Shown here piece by piece: positions 17,374 to 27,649 of a stretch of DNA of 64,000 bases; position 1 is the stretch's first letter, and each line of letters starts with the position of its first letter. The stretch comes from a candidate division FCPU426 bacterium (GTDB taxonomy: Bacteria > Oederibacteriota > JAAXVQ01 > JAUVAV01), in the NCBI GenBank assembly GCA_040756875.1, contig JBFLYH010000002.1, positions 735,078-799,077 of the forward strand. The letters are read 5' to 3'. Both the position numbers and the translations under genes were made by a program. Under the pieces are notes generated by a model. That model ran no database searches. It had not been told where the DNA came from and saw only the letters and a program-made list of their open reading frames with translations.

Positions 17374-20300
17374 TTATCGAATCAACGCCACTTTCTTCTT
17401 CTGGTCCAGCACGACCTTGCCTTCTGCATCCGTGATCTTGATCCGGCACAAATAGATCCCCGGCGCCACGTTGGCAGCCTGCCAGACCGTGGCCAGGGTC
17501 TGCCCTGCCCCGCCGTTCACAGTCTCGCTGATCGAGGCCACCCGCTCGCCAGTCAGGCGGTAGATGTCGATCTTCACTGTCGCCTGACCGCTCAGTGTGT
17601 AGGCGAAATTCACCTGCCCCCGTGCGGGCTGGGGATAAACCACCACGGTTTGCGCCTTTACAAACGGCGTGGAAGTGGGCATTGGTGTCGAGGTTCCGGT
17701 TGCAGTCAGCGTGGGCATGACCAGCGTTGAAGTTGGAGTGGCGGTCGGCGTCTCTGTGGCCGTGTCCGGGAGATGCAGTGATGCCTGCGCTTCATTCAAC
17801 CATTGCTCGCCTGCTGCCTGAGCTTCTTCCTGGGTGGAGAAGTTCATATTGTCCGTAGGCGTTTCATTGGGCTGCTCAACGGCCGCCGCCCACACCCACC
17901 ACCACGGGACCACGATGATCGGCAGGTAGGTGACGCCGCCCAGGCCTTGGTTGTCGATCTGCAGTATATTGACTCTCGCGATCTGCAGGCCGCCGGCGGT
18001 GAAATCCGCGCCAGCCGGCTGTCCGGCCGGGCCGGTATATGCAAACGCGTCCTGGGACCCTCCGAAGGTGCCTGAACCGAAGACCACGCGGTAATGAATC
18101 AGGACATTCGGCTGCGGCGTACCGTGGTACGAGGACAAGGCGAATATCTTTTGGGTATGCCCCTGACGCATGAAGATGGAGATTGAGGGCCAGGCAATGA
18201 CCTGCTGCGGCGTGGGCGGAGTGGCGGTGGCAACCGGCGTGCAGGTGGTGGTAATCGTCGCTGTGTCTGTCGAAGTAGGCGTCAGCGTGACGGTGGGCGT
18301 TGCCGTCGCGGTGACAGTGTAGGTTTCCGTCTCCGTCGGTGTCTCCGTGGAAGTCCAGGTCGGCGTCTCCGTGCAGGTGGCAGTCGCGCTCGTCGTCTCG
18401 GTGGCGGTAACCGTCGCGGTATCGATCTCGGTTCCGGTGGCCGTGCAAGTCGGGGTGCCGGTTGGAACCGAGGTATTCGTGGGCGTAATGGTCGCAGAGC
18501 ACGTGACTGTCACCGTACTACTGGGAGTAGCTGCGTTTCGCGCTCCGAAAATCACCCCAAAGCCGTTCCCGGAATCCGTGCTGAAGGCAATGTCGGTCAA
18601 TCCGTCCCCATTGTAATCGCCCTCGGCGTCCAACGCCCAAACCGTATAGACCGTAGCCAATTCTTGCGGTGCGGAGAATTGCCCTTGGCCGTCCCCGTAA
18701 TAAAGCTTAATGCCGGAAAAGGCATTGCCTCCGGCCACCAGAACGTCCAGATGGCCGTCGCCGTTTATCTCCTTAAAAACGGCGCCGGGAAAACTTCCGG
18801 CGTAGGCAGGACCATAGTTCTGCTGGTTCCAGATATAATCGCCCGCTGGTTTTGCGCCATTTAGGAACGCCAGCTGATAGGGCGGAGGATTGGTGTTGTC
18901 ATAGGCCACATAGTCGGCATAGCCGTCTTGGTTCACATCCCCGGCGCTGCGTTTGAAACCATTTCCGATGCGGATGGCATCCGAAGCTACCAGGGAGGCG
19001 GACCAGGCCCGGCTGCCCAGATTTAAATATGCCCTGAGGCAAGACAGGATTTCGGGCCCGTTGAGTTCAATGGAAGCTCCGATCAAATCCAGCAATCCGT
19101 CGTGGTTGATATCGATCAGGTCAAATACGCATCCAGCCGGAGTTTGCGGGCAAGCAGGGCCTCCGCCGTTGGCAAAATTACCCAGACCGTCGCCGTAGAA
19201 TACCCTGGCATACCAGTATAATTGCGTGCCGCCGGGACTATGGACAATGTCCAGATTCCCATCCTGGTCCACATCGGCAATTTGTATCGTATTGCCGTAG
19301 GGATGGATGAGGCGGGTTTTTGTCCAGTTGCCGCCGCCTTGGCTGATCAATACCCAAGGCCCTTCCCAGCGCATGGTCACTGCGATATCCGTTTTGCCGT
19401 CCTTGTTCAGGTCGGCTGCGGCAATGTCATGAGGATCGTCCCAACCGGGGTCGGTGATGGTTTGCTCCTTGGCCCAGGTTCTGGTGACGCTATCAAAGGA
19501 CCAAATGTCGAGGCACGGACCGCCGGCATCCACGCGCATTCCAACAATCAGCTTTTCTTTCCCAGCTTCGGTAAAATAGGCATGGCACAAAGCTCTGCTG
19601 CTGCCATAGCCGACAATTTGGGGCGTTTCCCAAACGACCGGCTCTCCGTAATCCGGAGTCGCAAAAGGAGTGAAGGTGGCGGTCGGCGTTTCCGCGGGAG
19701 TCGGCGTCTCGGTCGCGGTTATCGTGGGAGTGGGTGTGAGGGTGACCGTCGGCGATACGGTTGCCGTTGCGCTGGGAGTCGGGGTGGAAGGGATGAAATG
19801 AAACACTTCCAAACCCGCGAGAAAATCCGCCACATAGATGTCATTGCCGTCCAGTACGAGACTTCTGGCGTCAGCCGGCGTTTGATAGTACCCCGCCTCA
19901 AAGGGCGCGGCCGGATCGCTGATGTCGAACACCCGCAGGTCGCCGTCCGCCACATAGGCATAATTCCCGCTGACAACGATTTGATTGGCGGTTTGCGGCA
20001 GCGTGCATTGCCCCGTTTCGAACGGCATGAACGGATCGCTGATATTAATCGTCCGCAAGGTGGTCCCGTCCAGAACGAAGGCATACTCGCCGTTCACGGC
20101 CACGCCTTGGCTGGAACCCGAGGTGTCAACATGGCCCACCACAAAAGGAAAGGACGGATTGCTGATACTGATAATTTCCAATGCGCCGTCCGTCACATAG
20201 GCATAGTCGCCTTTCACAGCCACGCCATGGGCTGACCCCGGCGTGTCACAATGCCCCGCTTCGGCCGGCGAGGCGGGATTGCTGACATCAATGACACGCA

Positions 20301-21660
20301 GCGAGCCGTTCGTCACATAGGCATAATTTCCGCTCAACGCGATATTTTGGACTGATCCCGGCAGCTGGGCGCTGAAACCCGACATGCTTATTTGGCCCAC
20401 GCTCGTCGGCAAAGCCGGGTCGCTGATACTGATCACGCGAAAACCGTTCATATCGTCCGCTGCATAAACATAGCTTCCATTCATGGCCAGATCAATAATG
20501 ACCCCGTCAATATACCCCCTGTCCACAGGCAAAGCTGGATTGCTGACATCCATGACATGCATGCCGCCGTTGTAATCCGCCGCACATGAATAAGCTCCGC
20601 TTTTGGCTATGCTGCAGGCGCTTCCCGGCGTGGTAAAAAATCCCACCTCGGCTGGCAAGGAGGGATTGCTGATGTCGATTGCACGCAAGCCTTGATAATA
20701 ATCCGCTAAAAAAGCGTAATTACCACTAACGTCTACACCAAAAGACCAATATAAATGATCACTGAAAGATCCTACAACCATGGGAACAACAGGATTGCTG
20801 ATATTAATCACGCTTAGTCCCGCCCTGGCCGCCACAAACGCAAAATCTTCTCTCACTACTACATGGGTGCTGCCAGCAACAATAGTGCAAATCCCGGTTT
20901 GGGTTGGAGCTGTTGGATTGCTGACATCAATGACACGGAGACCTTCCCAATAATCCACAAGATAGGCATGATTTCCATTTGCCGCAACGCCCTGGGCCCC
21001 TTCCGAATGGAAAGAGAAGGGATTTTCAAAATGACCTACTTCACTTGGCGATAAGGGATTGCTGATATCGATCACGTACATACCCGCCATTTCGGCGGCC
21101 ACATAGGCATAATTCCCGCTGACCGCCACGTCAACATAAGCGCTGGTTCCTTCTGTCCCGCTGCCATACCGGCCAACCACTGCCGGTGATGCGGGATTGG
21201 AAATATCGATCACCTGCAGGCCGGTAAATCCGGCTGCCACATAGGCATAATTTCCGCTAAGGGTTATACTATGGGCGGAAGGCCCGTACCCCAAGTCTCC
21301 AAGCAAATCGCAGTAACCAGCTTGATAAGGTGATGTTGGGTTGCTGACATTAACGACGCTCATACTGGTTCTGGACACCACATACGCGTAATCCCCGCTT
21401 ACGGCTGCGTCGCGGGCGCCGACGGCATAATACGCGGCCTGCACAGGATGGGCCGGATTGGAAATATCCATTATGGATAAAACTCCATCAGCAGCCACAT
21501 AGGCATAATTACCCTGCAAGGATACTGCCCAGGGATTACCGCCAACCAATGCCCCAACCAGATGAACGTTATTCGAATCCGCAGCCATGGCGACAGGGAA
21601 TGGGACGAAGAGAACCGTAGTAATGACCCAAAGGATTAAGCTGCGTTTTATTGGTTTCAC
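17374..21660 (-). CDS. Secreted LVIVD-repeat + FG-GAP/VCBS protein with Thr/Pro linkers and T9SS-like C-terminal domain
   Basis: Signal peptide; many SGNYAYVA...GLxVIDISNP repeats; DxNxDGxxD motifs; TPT-rich linkers; C-terminus VYPQPARG...APGIY...KKKVALIR. Confidence 0.88.
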   Translation of the reverse strand: MKPIKRSLILWVITTVLFVPFPVAMAADSNNVHLVGALVGGNPWAVSLQGNYAYVAADGVLSIMDISNPAHPVQAAYYAVGARDAAVSGDYAYVVSRTSMSVVNVSNPTSPYQAGYCDLLGDLGYGPSAHSITLSGNYAYVAAGFTGLQVIDISNPASPAVVGRYGSGTEGTSAYVDVAVSGNYAYVAAEMAGMYVIDISNPLSPSEVGHFENPFSFHSEGAQGVAANGNHAYLVDYWEGLRVIDVSNPTAPTQTGICTIVAGSTHVVVREDFAFVAARAGLSVINISNPVVPMVVGSFSDHLYWSFGVDVSGNYAFLADYYQGLRAIDISNPSLPAEVGFFTTPGSACSIAKSGAYSCAADYNGGMHVMDVSNPALPVDRGYIDGVIIDLAMNGSYVYAADDMNGFRVISISDPALPTSVGQISMSGFSAQLPGSVQNIALSGNYAYVTNGSLRVIDVSNPASPAEAGHCDTPGSAHGVAVKGDYAYVTDGALEIISISNPSFPFVVGHVDTSGSSQGVAVNGEYAFVLDGTTLRTINISDPFMPFETGQCTLPQTANQIVVSGNYAYVADGDLRVFDISDPAAPFEAGYYQTPADARSLVLDGNDIYVADFLAGLEVFHFIPSTPTPSATATVSPTVTLTPTPTITATETPTPAETPTATFTPFATPDYGEPVVWETPQIVGYGSSRALCHAYFTEAGKEKLIVGMRVDAGGPCLDIWSFDSVTRTWAKEQTITDPGWDDPHDIAAADLNKDGKTDIAVTMRWEGPWVLISQGGGNWTKTRLIHPYGNTIQIADVDQDGNLDIVHSPGGTQLYWYARVFYGDGLGNFANGGGPACPQTPAGCVFDLIDINHDGLLDLIGASIELNGPEILSCLRAYLNLGSRAWSASLVASDAIRIGNGFKRSAGDVNQDGYADYVAYDNTNPPPYQLAFLNGAKPAGDYIWNQQNYGPAYAGSFPGAVFKEINGDGHLDVLVAGGNAFSGIKLYYGDGQGQFSAPQELATVYTVWALDAEGDYNGDGLTDIAFSTDSGNGFGVIFGARNAATPSSTVTVTCSATITPTNTSVPTGTPTCTATGTEIDTATVTATETTSATATCTETPTWTSTETPTETETYTVTATATPTVTLTPTSTDTATITTTCTPVATATPPTPQQVIAWPSISIFMRQGHTQKIFALSSYHGTPQPNVLIHYRVVFGSGTFGGSQDAFAYTGPAGQPAGADFTAGGLQIARVNILQIDNQGLGGVTYLPIIVVPWWWVWAAAVEQPNETPTDNMNFSTQEEAQAAGEQWLNEAQASLHLPDTATETPTATPTSTLVMPTLTATGTSTPMPTSTPFVKAQTVVVYPQPARGQVNFAYTLSGQATVKIDIYRLTGERVASISETVNGGAGQTLATVWQAANVAPGIYLCRIKITDAEGKVVLDQKKKVALIR

Positions 21661-21772
21661 ACCAGCCTCCCACGACTTAGATCTAACCGATTGCGATTAT
21701 ATATGATTTGAGCCTGTGCACCTGCTGAATACTACATTAAAAATAATCAAAATCTATTGAATCAAGCATAGT

Positions 21773-21803
21773 AAGCCCCGGCCGCAGGAACACGGCCGGG
21801 GCT
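21773..21803. repeat. 31-bp exact direct repeat of the hairpin at 17326-17356
   Basis: AAGCCCCGGCCGCAGGAACACGGCCGGGGCT occurs at both sites. This copy lacks the T-tract on the minus strand. Confidence 0.9.
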
Positions 21804-21829
21804 GTCGGGATTGCCTGTCTGTTTGGCGG

Positions 21830-22261
21830 TTACCTGATCTCCGAGGTGCAGTGCGGGCAGCGGGTGGCTTTAAGCGGGATGTTCGAGAGGCAGAACGGGC
21901 ATTCCTTGGTGGTGGGCGCTGCCGGAGCGGGCGCGCGCTTCAAGCGGTTTACCTGCTTGATCACGATAAACAGAACGAACGCCACGATGGTAAAATCAAT
22001 GACCTGGTTGATGAACAGGCCGTAATTCAGCGTCGCGGCGCCCGCAGCCTTGGCTGCAGCCAGGGAAGCATACGACTGGCCGGACAGGCTGAGGAACAGG
22101 TTGGAAAAATCCAGCTTGCCCAGCAGCATGCCAATGGGCGGCATCATGATATCCGCCACGATCGAGGAAACCAGCTTGCTGAACGCGCCTCCCAAAATGA
22201 ACCCCACGGCCAGATCGACCAGGTTTCCCTTCAGCGCAAACTCCTTGAACTCCTTGAACAT
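21830..22261 (-). CDS. mscL: Large-conductance mechanosensitive channel with C-terminal Zn-ribbon
   Basis: [32 protein letters not shown]; tail CPFC...CPHC. Confidence 0.96.
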   Translation of the reverse strand: MFKEFKEFALKGNLVDLAVGFILGGAFSKLVSSIVADIMMPPIGMLLGKLDFSNLFLSLSGQSYASLAAAKAAGAATLNYGLFINQVIDFTIVAFVLFIVIKQVNRLKRAPAPAAPTTKECPFCLSNIPLKATRCPHCTSEIR

Positions 22262-22390
22262 GATTGCCCTCCCCGTATATTGATAGCAACGCTTCATTAC
22301 TATATTCGCTCAGAGACAGAAATCAAGCGCAGAAGATAAAATGTGGAGGTCAGGTGGGATGGTGATGTTTTGGCGGGAGCCTTTCGCGGT

Positions 22391-23698
22391 TTACTTCAGA
22401 TAGATCCGTTGCGCTTTGGTTTTTACGCTCTCCACGCCGTTGCCTGCCACGGCTGTGACGCTGAGGTAATAGGTTTGCTTGCGGCGAAGGATCTTGGTGC
22501 TGAAAGAAAGTTTGGTGATGGGCTGGACATTGATTTTTTGCGGCTGGGTTTTGCTTGTGCTCATATAAACATTATAGGTAAAAGGGCCTTCGGCTTGCGG
22601 CGGCTTCCAGGCAACTGTGATTCTTGCACCTTTGGATTTCAGGCTCACAATGCGCGGCAGGGGCGTTTCCCGTACCGGCGCTGGCTTGGGCGCAGTCTTT
22701 TCGGCTTTGGCTGTTTGGGTGCGAACCGGAAGCGCCGCCGGTTGGACGGCAGGCGCCAGGGACAAAACCGGAGCGGCCGGCGGCTCGCCGAACCGGTAGG
22801 CGATGCTCATGCGATGGCTGGCGTTCAAAAACATACCGGGAATATAGGCGTAATTGATTTCTATATTTTGCCAGCATAGCCCGGCCCCGAAGTGCAGGTA
22901 CGCCTCTTCCTGGTTCAGGCGGTAACCGGCGTTCACGGACGCGATTTTATATCTGACTTCCAACCCCGCCTCCGGAAACCACGTCTCATCCACCCAGTTG
23001 TACGCCAGGCCCACGCCGGGCAGCACCTGCCAGTCTTGCAGCCTGAAGACGTAGCTGCTGCCAAGATAAACCGAACCAGGCAGGGGGATTTCCGCTTCCA
23101 GGTATTTGGCCGACCACCCGAGGTTTTGCACGGCAGCCAAGACCAGCCACGCTGCCTCGGGTTTCCACATCGCCCCCGCGTCCGCGGCCACGGCCCAGGC
23201 GGATTCCCGCTCGGCCAGTTCGCTTTGCACGAACTTCAGAGTCGCGCCGGTCCAGAGGTTTCCGGCCAACCTCCGCCCATACGAGCCCAGGGCGATCACT
23301 TCGCGGTCCGCCAAAACAGTTTCGGTTTGCAGCGTTCCGTCCTCAATCCAATTCAACTCTATGGGTCCGGCGTCATAATACACGAATCCGCCGGCCAAAG
23401 CGTCTTCCGGCCAGGGCACGGCCAGCAGGAGGCCGCCGAATTTGTCTTCCGCGAACCCCAGTTCGGAAATCATGGCCAGCGAGGTCTGGGAAACCGCGCC
23501 CAGCAAAGCCGGGTTGCCCAGGACATCCGCGGCCTGGCCAATGCCGGCCAGGCTGGAAAAGCGGGCGCCCCGGACTTTCTGGAAAATCGGCCAGCCCGAT
23601 TTCCCGGCACCGGCTTGCGCCCAGCCGGCGAATCCGGCCAGATATAAAACCAACAAGAAGACGATAAGATTATTAGGCTTGCGGGTCATCTCGGTCAC
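22391..23698 (-). CDS. PorV/PorQ (UPF0164)-like outer-membrane beta-barrel with C-terminal fibronectin-III-like domain
   Basis: Signal peptide; GARFSSLAG...NPALLG; GATLKFV, ADAG, VQNLG, NYAY, SHRMSIAYRF; Pro/Ala linker; ITVAWKP...YNVY...YYLSVTAV..NGVES. Confidence 0.7.
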   Translation of the reverse strand: MTEMTRKPNNLIVFLLVLYLAGFAGWAQAGAGKSGWPIFQKVRGARFSSLAGIGQAADVLGNPALLGAVSQTSLAMISELGFAEDKFGGLLLAVPWPEDALAGGFVYYDAGPIELNWIEDGTLQTETVLADREVIALGSYGRRLAGNLWTGATLKFVQSELAERESAWAVAADAGAMWKPEAAWLVLAAVQNLGWSAKYLEAEIPLPGSVYLGSSYVFRLQDWQVLPGVGLAYNWVDETWFPEAGLEVRYKIASVNAGYRLNQEEAYLHFGAGLCWQNIEINYAYIPGMFLNASHRMSIAYRFGEPPAAPVLSLAPAVQPAALPVRTQTAKAEKTAPKPAPVRETPLPRIVSLKSKGARITVAWKPPQAEGPFTYNVYMSTSKTQPQKINVQPITKLSFSTKILRRKQTYYLSVTAVAGNGVESVKTKAQRIYLK

Positions 23699-26600
23699 CG
23701 GATAATCGCGATTTTCTTATGGGCGTGCAGCCCCGGCCCTTGCACCACGGCAATGTAAATGCCGGGCGCCGCCTCGCGGGCGCGCCACTCGAACATCCCG
23801 CTCTGGGTGTGCTCGCGGGTCTCTTTCCAAATCAGCACGCCATTGAGATTGAGCACACGGCATTCCACCAAGCCGATGCCAGCCGCCTGATAATAGATTT
23901 TAACCGTATCGCCCAAGCTGGGATTGACCGTGCCCCGGCCCAGCGCGGACCCCAGCACCAGGATCTGCCCCGCCGGCAGGCTCAGGGCAAAAGTGGGTGT
24001 CACGGTCGGCGTCTGCGTCTGCGTCGGGGTTATGGTCCTGGTCGGCGTGGCGGTCGGCGTGGCCGTGGCTTGCCCTGTGGGCGTGATCGTGGCCGTGGCC
24101 GTCGGCGTGGGCGTGGGATTCGCAACCGTGATCGAAACCGGCGCGGAGGTGGTGCGGTTGCCCGCCTGGTCCCGGGCCACCGCGGTCAGCACGTGCGTTC
24201 CGTTAGCGACCAGGGTGGTGTCCCAAATGAAGGAGTACGGCGCCACCGTGTCCTCGCTGCCCAGGCTCACGCCGTCGGCGCGGAAACGCACGCCCGCCAC
24301 CTGCCGGTTGTCCGAGGCATTGGCCGTGATCACCAGCGAGCCCAGGACCACCGCGCCGCTGACCGGCGAGGTGATGCTGACGCTGGGCGGCGTGTAATCG
24401 TTGAAGTAGGTGGCCGTATGGCTGGCGTTGAACCACATCATCGGCCACTGCATGTACGGACGCTGGAAGGCCGCGCCGGTGTTCCACACGTTGATCGTGT
24501 CATTGTAGGCCAGCACCAGATCCGTCACGCCGTCGGCCTCCAAGTCCCAAAGCGCCGGAGACAGCGACGACCCCTGGGGCACAATCCGCGGCCAGCCGGA
24601 CAGCGAAACGCCGTTGCCGCTCCAGGCGTACACCGTGTTCTCGTCGGCCGAGACTTGCACGATATCCGGCAGACCGTCCCCGCTCACGTCACCGGAAACC
24701 GGGCCCGGCCATACCGAGCCGCCGGCCATGTCCGGCAGGTTGATCGGCCAGCCGCTGACCGCGGTGCCGTTGTGGTGATAGGCGTACTCATTGTCCTGGC
24801 CCTGGCCATGGACGACGATTTCCAGATCATTGTCATTGTCCAGGTCCGCCAGGGTCGCCGGCGCCAGGCTGTCGGTCCCGATAGTGACCGGCCAGCCGCT
24901 TATGGCCGTGCCATTGGCCTCGAACGCGCACAGCCAGCCGTTCTCGTTCGCGGCCACGATTTCCATCGCGCCGTCGTTGTCAATGTCCCCGGCTACGGGA
25001 TGCGGCGTGTAACCATCGGCCAAAATGACGGGCCAGCCGCTGACCACGGCGCCGTTGTGGTGGAAGGCGTACAGCCGGCTGTTGTTGTAGTATCCCAGGC
25101 CGACCACGATTTCCAGATCATTGTCGTTGTCCAGGTCCACCAGGCAGGCGTGGCTGGCCTGGTTCTGTACCGTGCCCATACCCGTCGGGAAATTCAGGTA
25201 GAAGTATTGGGGCCAGCCGGACAGCAAGGTGCCGTTGTAGCGGTAGACGAAAATCGCGGCCGTGATGCTGGTGCCGCTGGAATCGGTTTCGCTGGTGAAC
25301 ACGATTTCCTGGTTGCCGTCGTTGTCCACGTCCCCCACGGACGGCGTGTGGCTGCCGTATCCGTTCCCCGCCAGCACGACGCTTTGCGGCCAGCCGGGCA
25401 GGTAGTTGCCCGCCTGGTCGAACACGTGGAACGTGGTCGTGCAGTTGGGGAACCCCCAGTTATACCCGCCGACGATGATCTGCTGGTCGCCGCTGCCCAC
25501 CAGGTCAGCCACGGTGGGCGCGCTCAACCAGGTGCGGTTGAGCGTGCTGCGCGGCCAGCCCAGGGCTTCGCTGCCGTCGTGGTGGAACAGGTGCACGTCA
25601 TACGCCCAGTTGGGGCCGCCGAGGTTGCGCCGCGTGGTGACCGCGATTTCCTGGTCGCCGTTGTTGTCGGCATCCCCCAGGGCCACGCCGTCGCTCCACA
25701 CCAGGCCGCTGATCGTGCGCGGCCAGCCCGTTTGCACGCTCTTTTGCAGGTACACCAGCTTCTCGGAAATGCTCACGTTGCCGCTGGCATCCGTGGTGCG
25801 CAGCCGCAACATATAAGGAAGATTGTCGGTCAAGCCGCCCACGGACCAGGTTCCCAGCGTGCCGTTGGTCACGGGCGTGCCGCTGGTCTGGATCGTGACC
25901 CAGGCGGTGGGATAGAGCCGTTCGCCGTATTCCAGGGTATAGGAGGAAAAGTTCGCGCCGCCGGCAGATCCGGTCACCTGAATGTCGATCGCGACCGTCT
26001 GCTCGTGGGGCGGCGAAGTGATCTCCGCCACCGGCACGGCCGACAGCTGCAAGGCGGACAGCACGTTCACCCGGCCAGTGCCGATGTATTTGTCCGAAAC
26101 CGGCCGGTCGGTCGTGGAGTAAATCACTTTGCCAACTTCCGCGTTGCTGAATTGCGGCCGACGCGAGCGGACCAGCGCCGCCAAACCGGACACATAGGCG
26201 CAGGAAAAACTGGTGCCGTTCCCGCCGGCCGCGTAGGTGTCGTCGAAGGCCGTGGCCGCGATGTTGCTTCCGGGCGCGGCTACGCTCACCCACGTGCCAT
26301 AGTTGCTGGCATTTCCCTGGTTCAGCGGCGGCTGCGGCACGCCCCAGATCGAGCGCTGGTCGCTGCTGTCCGTGGCCGCCACGCCGATCACGTACGGCTG
26401 GTAGGCCGCGGGGTAATACGGGTTGCCGCTGTCGTGGTTGCCGGCGCTGGCCACGATCACCGCGCCCTGGCTGTAGGCGAAATCCACCGCGTCCTTGACC
26501 GCGCCCGGCCAGTTGTTGTCTCCCAGGGAGAGGTTGATGACCTGGGCGCCGTTGCGGCCGGCGTAGTAAATCGCGCTGGCGATCCATTCGGAAATGATGT

Positions 26601-27492
26601 ACACGCTGTAGGTGCAGGCCACGCCCACGCGCAGCGGCATGATTTTGCAGCGCCAGCTTGTGCCCGCGATGCCCGCGCTGTTGTTGCCCACGGCCGCGGC
26701 CACGCCGGCCATCATAGTGCCGTGGCCCTGGAAATCCATGGGGTCGTTGTCCGGGACCTCGTAGTCCTCGCCCGGCGCATACGCGGTCACCGTAACCGCG
26801 TAATACACGAAATCCCAGCCGCGCACGTCGTCGATGTAGCCGTTGCTGTCGTCGTCCACGCCGTTGATGCTGTTCGCGCCGCTTTCCGCGGGATTGGTCC
26901 AAAGGTTGCCGGCCAAATCCGGATGGTTCCAGTCCACGCCCGTGTCCACCACGGCGATCACCACACCGGTATTACCCTGTTCCAAGTCCCACCCGGCTTC
27001 GGATTGCATTTGCGGATGCGCCCACTGCTGGCCGTAATTAGGGTCATTGGGAACGATGTCCAACTGGAAAAGGTAATTGGGATGGGCGTATTCCACGGCC
27101 GGATCCCGCTCCAACTCCCTCGCCATGGCTTCGGGATCGGCCGTGGTACGGTTCACTTTGATCTTGTATATGTTCTCCAGATGCGGCGCGGCCGGCATGG
27201 GCGCCGGCTGTTGTTTGCCTGTTCCCCGGGCGGCGGCCGTTGCCGTTGCTCCGGGGAAAAGCCGGTGGATGTCCCCCACGCCAAACCGCCGGTCCAACTG
27301 ACTCAGTCCCGCGCAAAAAGCCAGGGAAGGCTTGCTCGCGGCCACGGCGGCACCGGCGGCCGCGCCCGCTGATTCCTTAAACTTGACGATCACCTCGCCG
27401 GGAACATACTCCTCAGCTGCCCAGCCCGGGGCAACTGCCAGGAGAAACAAACCCATGGCCAAGCCTGCGGCCCGAGAAAAAAATGTTCTCAT
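23695..27492 (-). CDS. Subtilisin-like S8 serine protease with FG-GAP and Ig domains and C-terminal sorting-like domain
   Basis: Triad IAVVDTG / HGTMMAG / NGTSFS; prodomain YVPGEVIVKF; repeated GWP motifs; TPT linker; ends KKIAIIR. Confidence 0.93.
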   Translation of the reverse strand: MRTFFSRAAGLAMGLFLLAVAPGWAAEEYVPGEVIVKFKESAGAAAGAAVAASKPSLAFCAGLSQLDRRFGVGDIHRLFPGATATAAARGTGKQQPAPMPAAPHLENIYKIKVNRTTADPEAMARELERDPAVEYAHPNYLFQLDIVPNDPNYGQQWAHPQMQSEAGWDLEQGNTGVVIAVVDTGVDWNHPDLAGNLWTNPAESGANSINGVDDDSNGYIDDVRGWDFVYYAVTVTAYAPGEDYEVPDNDPMDFQGHGTMMAGVAAAVGNNSAGIAGTSWRCKIMPLRVGVACTYSVYIISEWIASAIYYAGRNGAQVINLSLGDNNWPGAVKDAVDFAYSQGAVIVASAGNHDSGNPYYPAAYQPYVIGVAATDSSDQRSIWGVPQPPLNQGNASNYGTWVSVAAPGSNIAATAFDDTYAAGGNGTSFSCAYVSGLAALVRSRRPQFSNAEVGKVIYSTTDRPVSDKYIGTGRVNVLSALQLSAVPVAEITSPPHEQTVAIDIQVTGSAGGANFSSYTLEYGERLYPTAWVTIQTSGTPVTNGTLGTWSVGGLTDNLPYMLRLRTTDASGNVSISEKLVYLQKSVQTGWPRTISGLVWSDGVALGDADNNGDQEIAVTTRRNLGGPNWAYDVHLFHHDGSEALGWPRSTLNRTWLSAPTVADLVGSGDQQIIVGGYNWGFPNCTTTFHVFDQAGNYLPGWPQSVVLAGNGYGSHTPSVGDVDNDGNQEIVFTSETDSSGTSITAAIFVYRYNGTLLSGWPQYFYLNFPTGMGTVQNQASHACLVDLDNDNDLEIVVGLGYYNNSRLYAFHHNGAVVSGWPVILADGYTPHPVAGDIDNDGAMEIVAANENGWLCAFEANGTAISGWPVTIGTDSLAPATLADLDNDNDLEIVVHGQGQDNEYAYHHNGTAVSGWPINLPDMAGGSVWPGPVSGDVSGDGLPDIVQVSADENTVYAWSGNGVSLSGWPRIVPQGSSLSPALWDLEADGVTDLVLAYNDTINVWNTGAAFQRPYMQWPMMWFNASHTATYFNDYTPPSVSITSPVSGAVVLGSLVITANASDNRQVAGVRFRADGVSLGSEDTVAPYSFIWDTTLVANGTHVLTAVARDQAGNRTTSAPVSITVANPTPTPTATATITPTGQATATPTATPTRTITPTQTQTPTVTPTFALSLPAGQILVLGSALGRGTVNPSLGDTVKIYYQAAGIGLVECRVLNLNGVLIWKETREHTQSGMFEWRAREAAPGIYIAVVQGPGLHAHKKIAIIR

Positions 27493-27649
27493 GCCCAATC
27501 CTTATCAAGATGAGATGGGACCGCTAAAAAGCGCAACGTATATCCACTGCAAGCAGGGATGCGCGGGTTTTTCGGCGAATATATATGTGAATACTAACTA
27601 TATCCCAGGATGGGGGTTTTAGCAAGTTAGGCAGGAATGAACGGGAGGG

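Noticed and set aside
18210-18530. Repetitive DNA here and near 24000-24120, 44330-44680 and 45760-45970 as a possible CRISPR array or VNTR
   Set aside because: These are degenerate codon-level repeats encoding Thr/Pro linkers; there is no constant repeat-spacer structure and no cas gene.
23719-27372. 1217-aa plus-strand ORF
   Set aside because: Antisense shadow of the S8 protease gene; its repeats simply mirror the sense-strand repeats.
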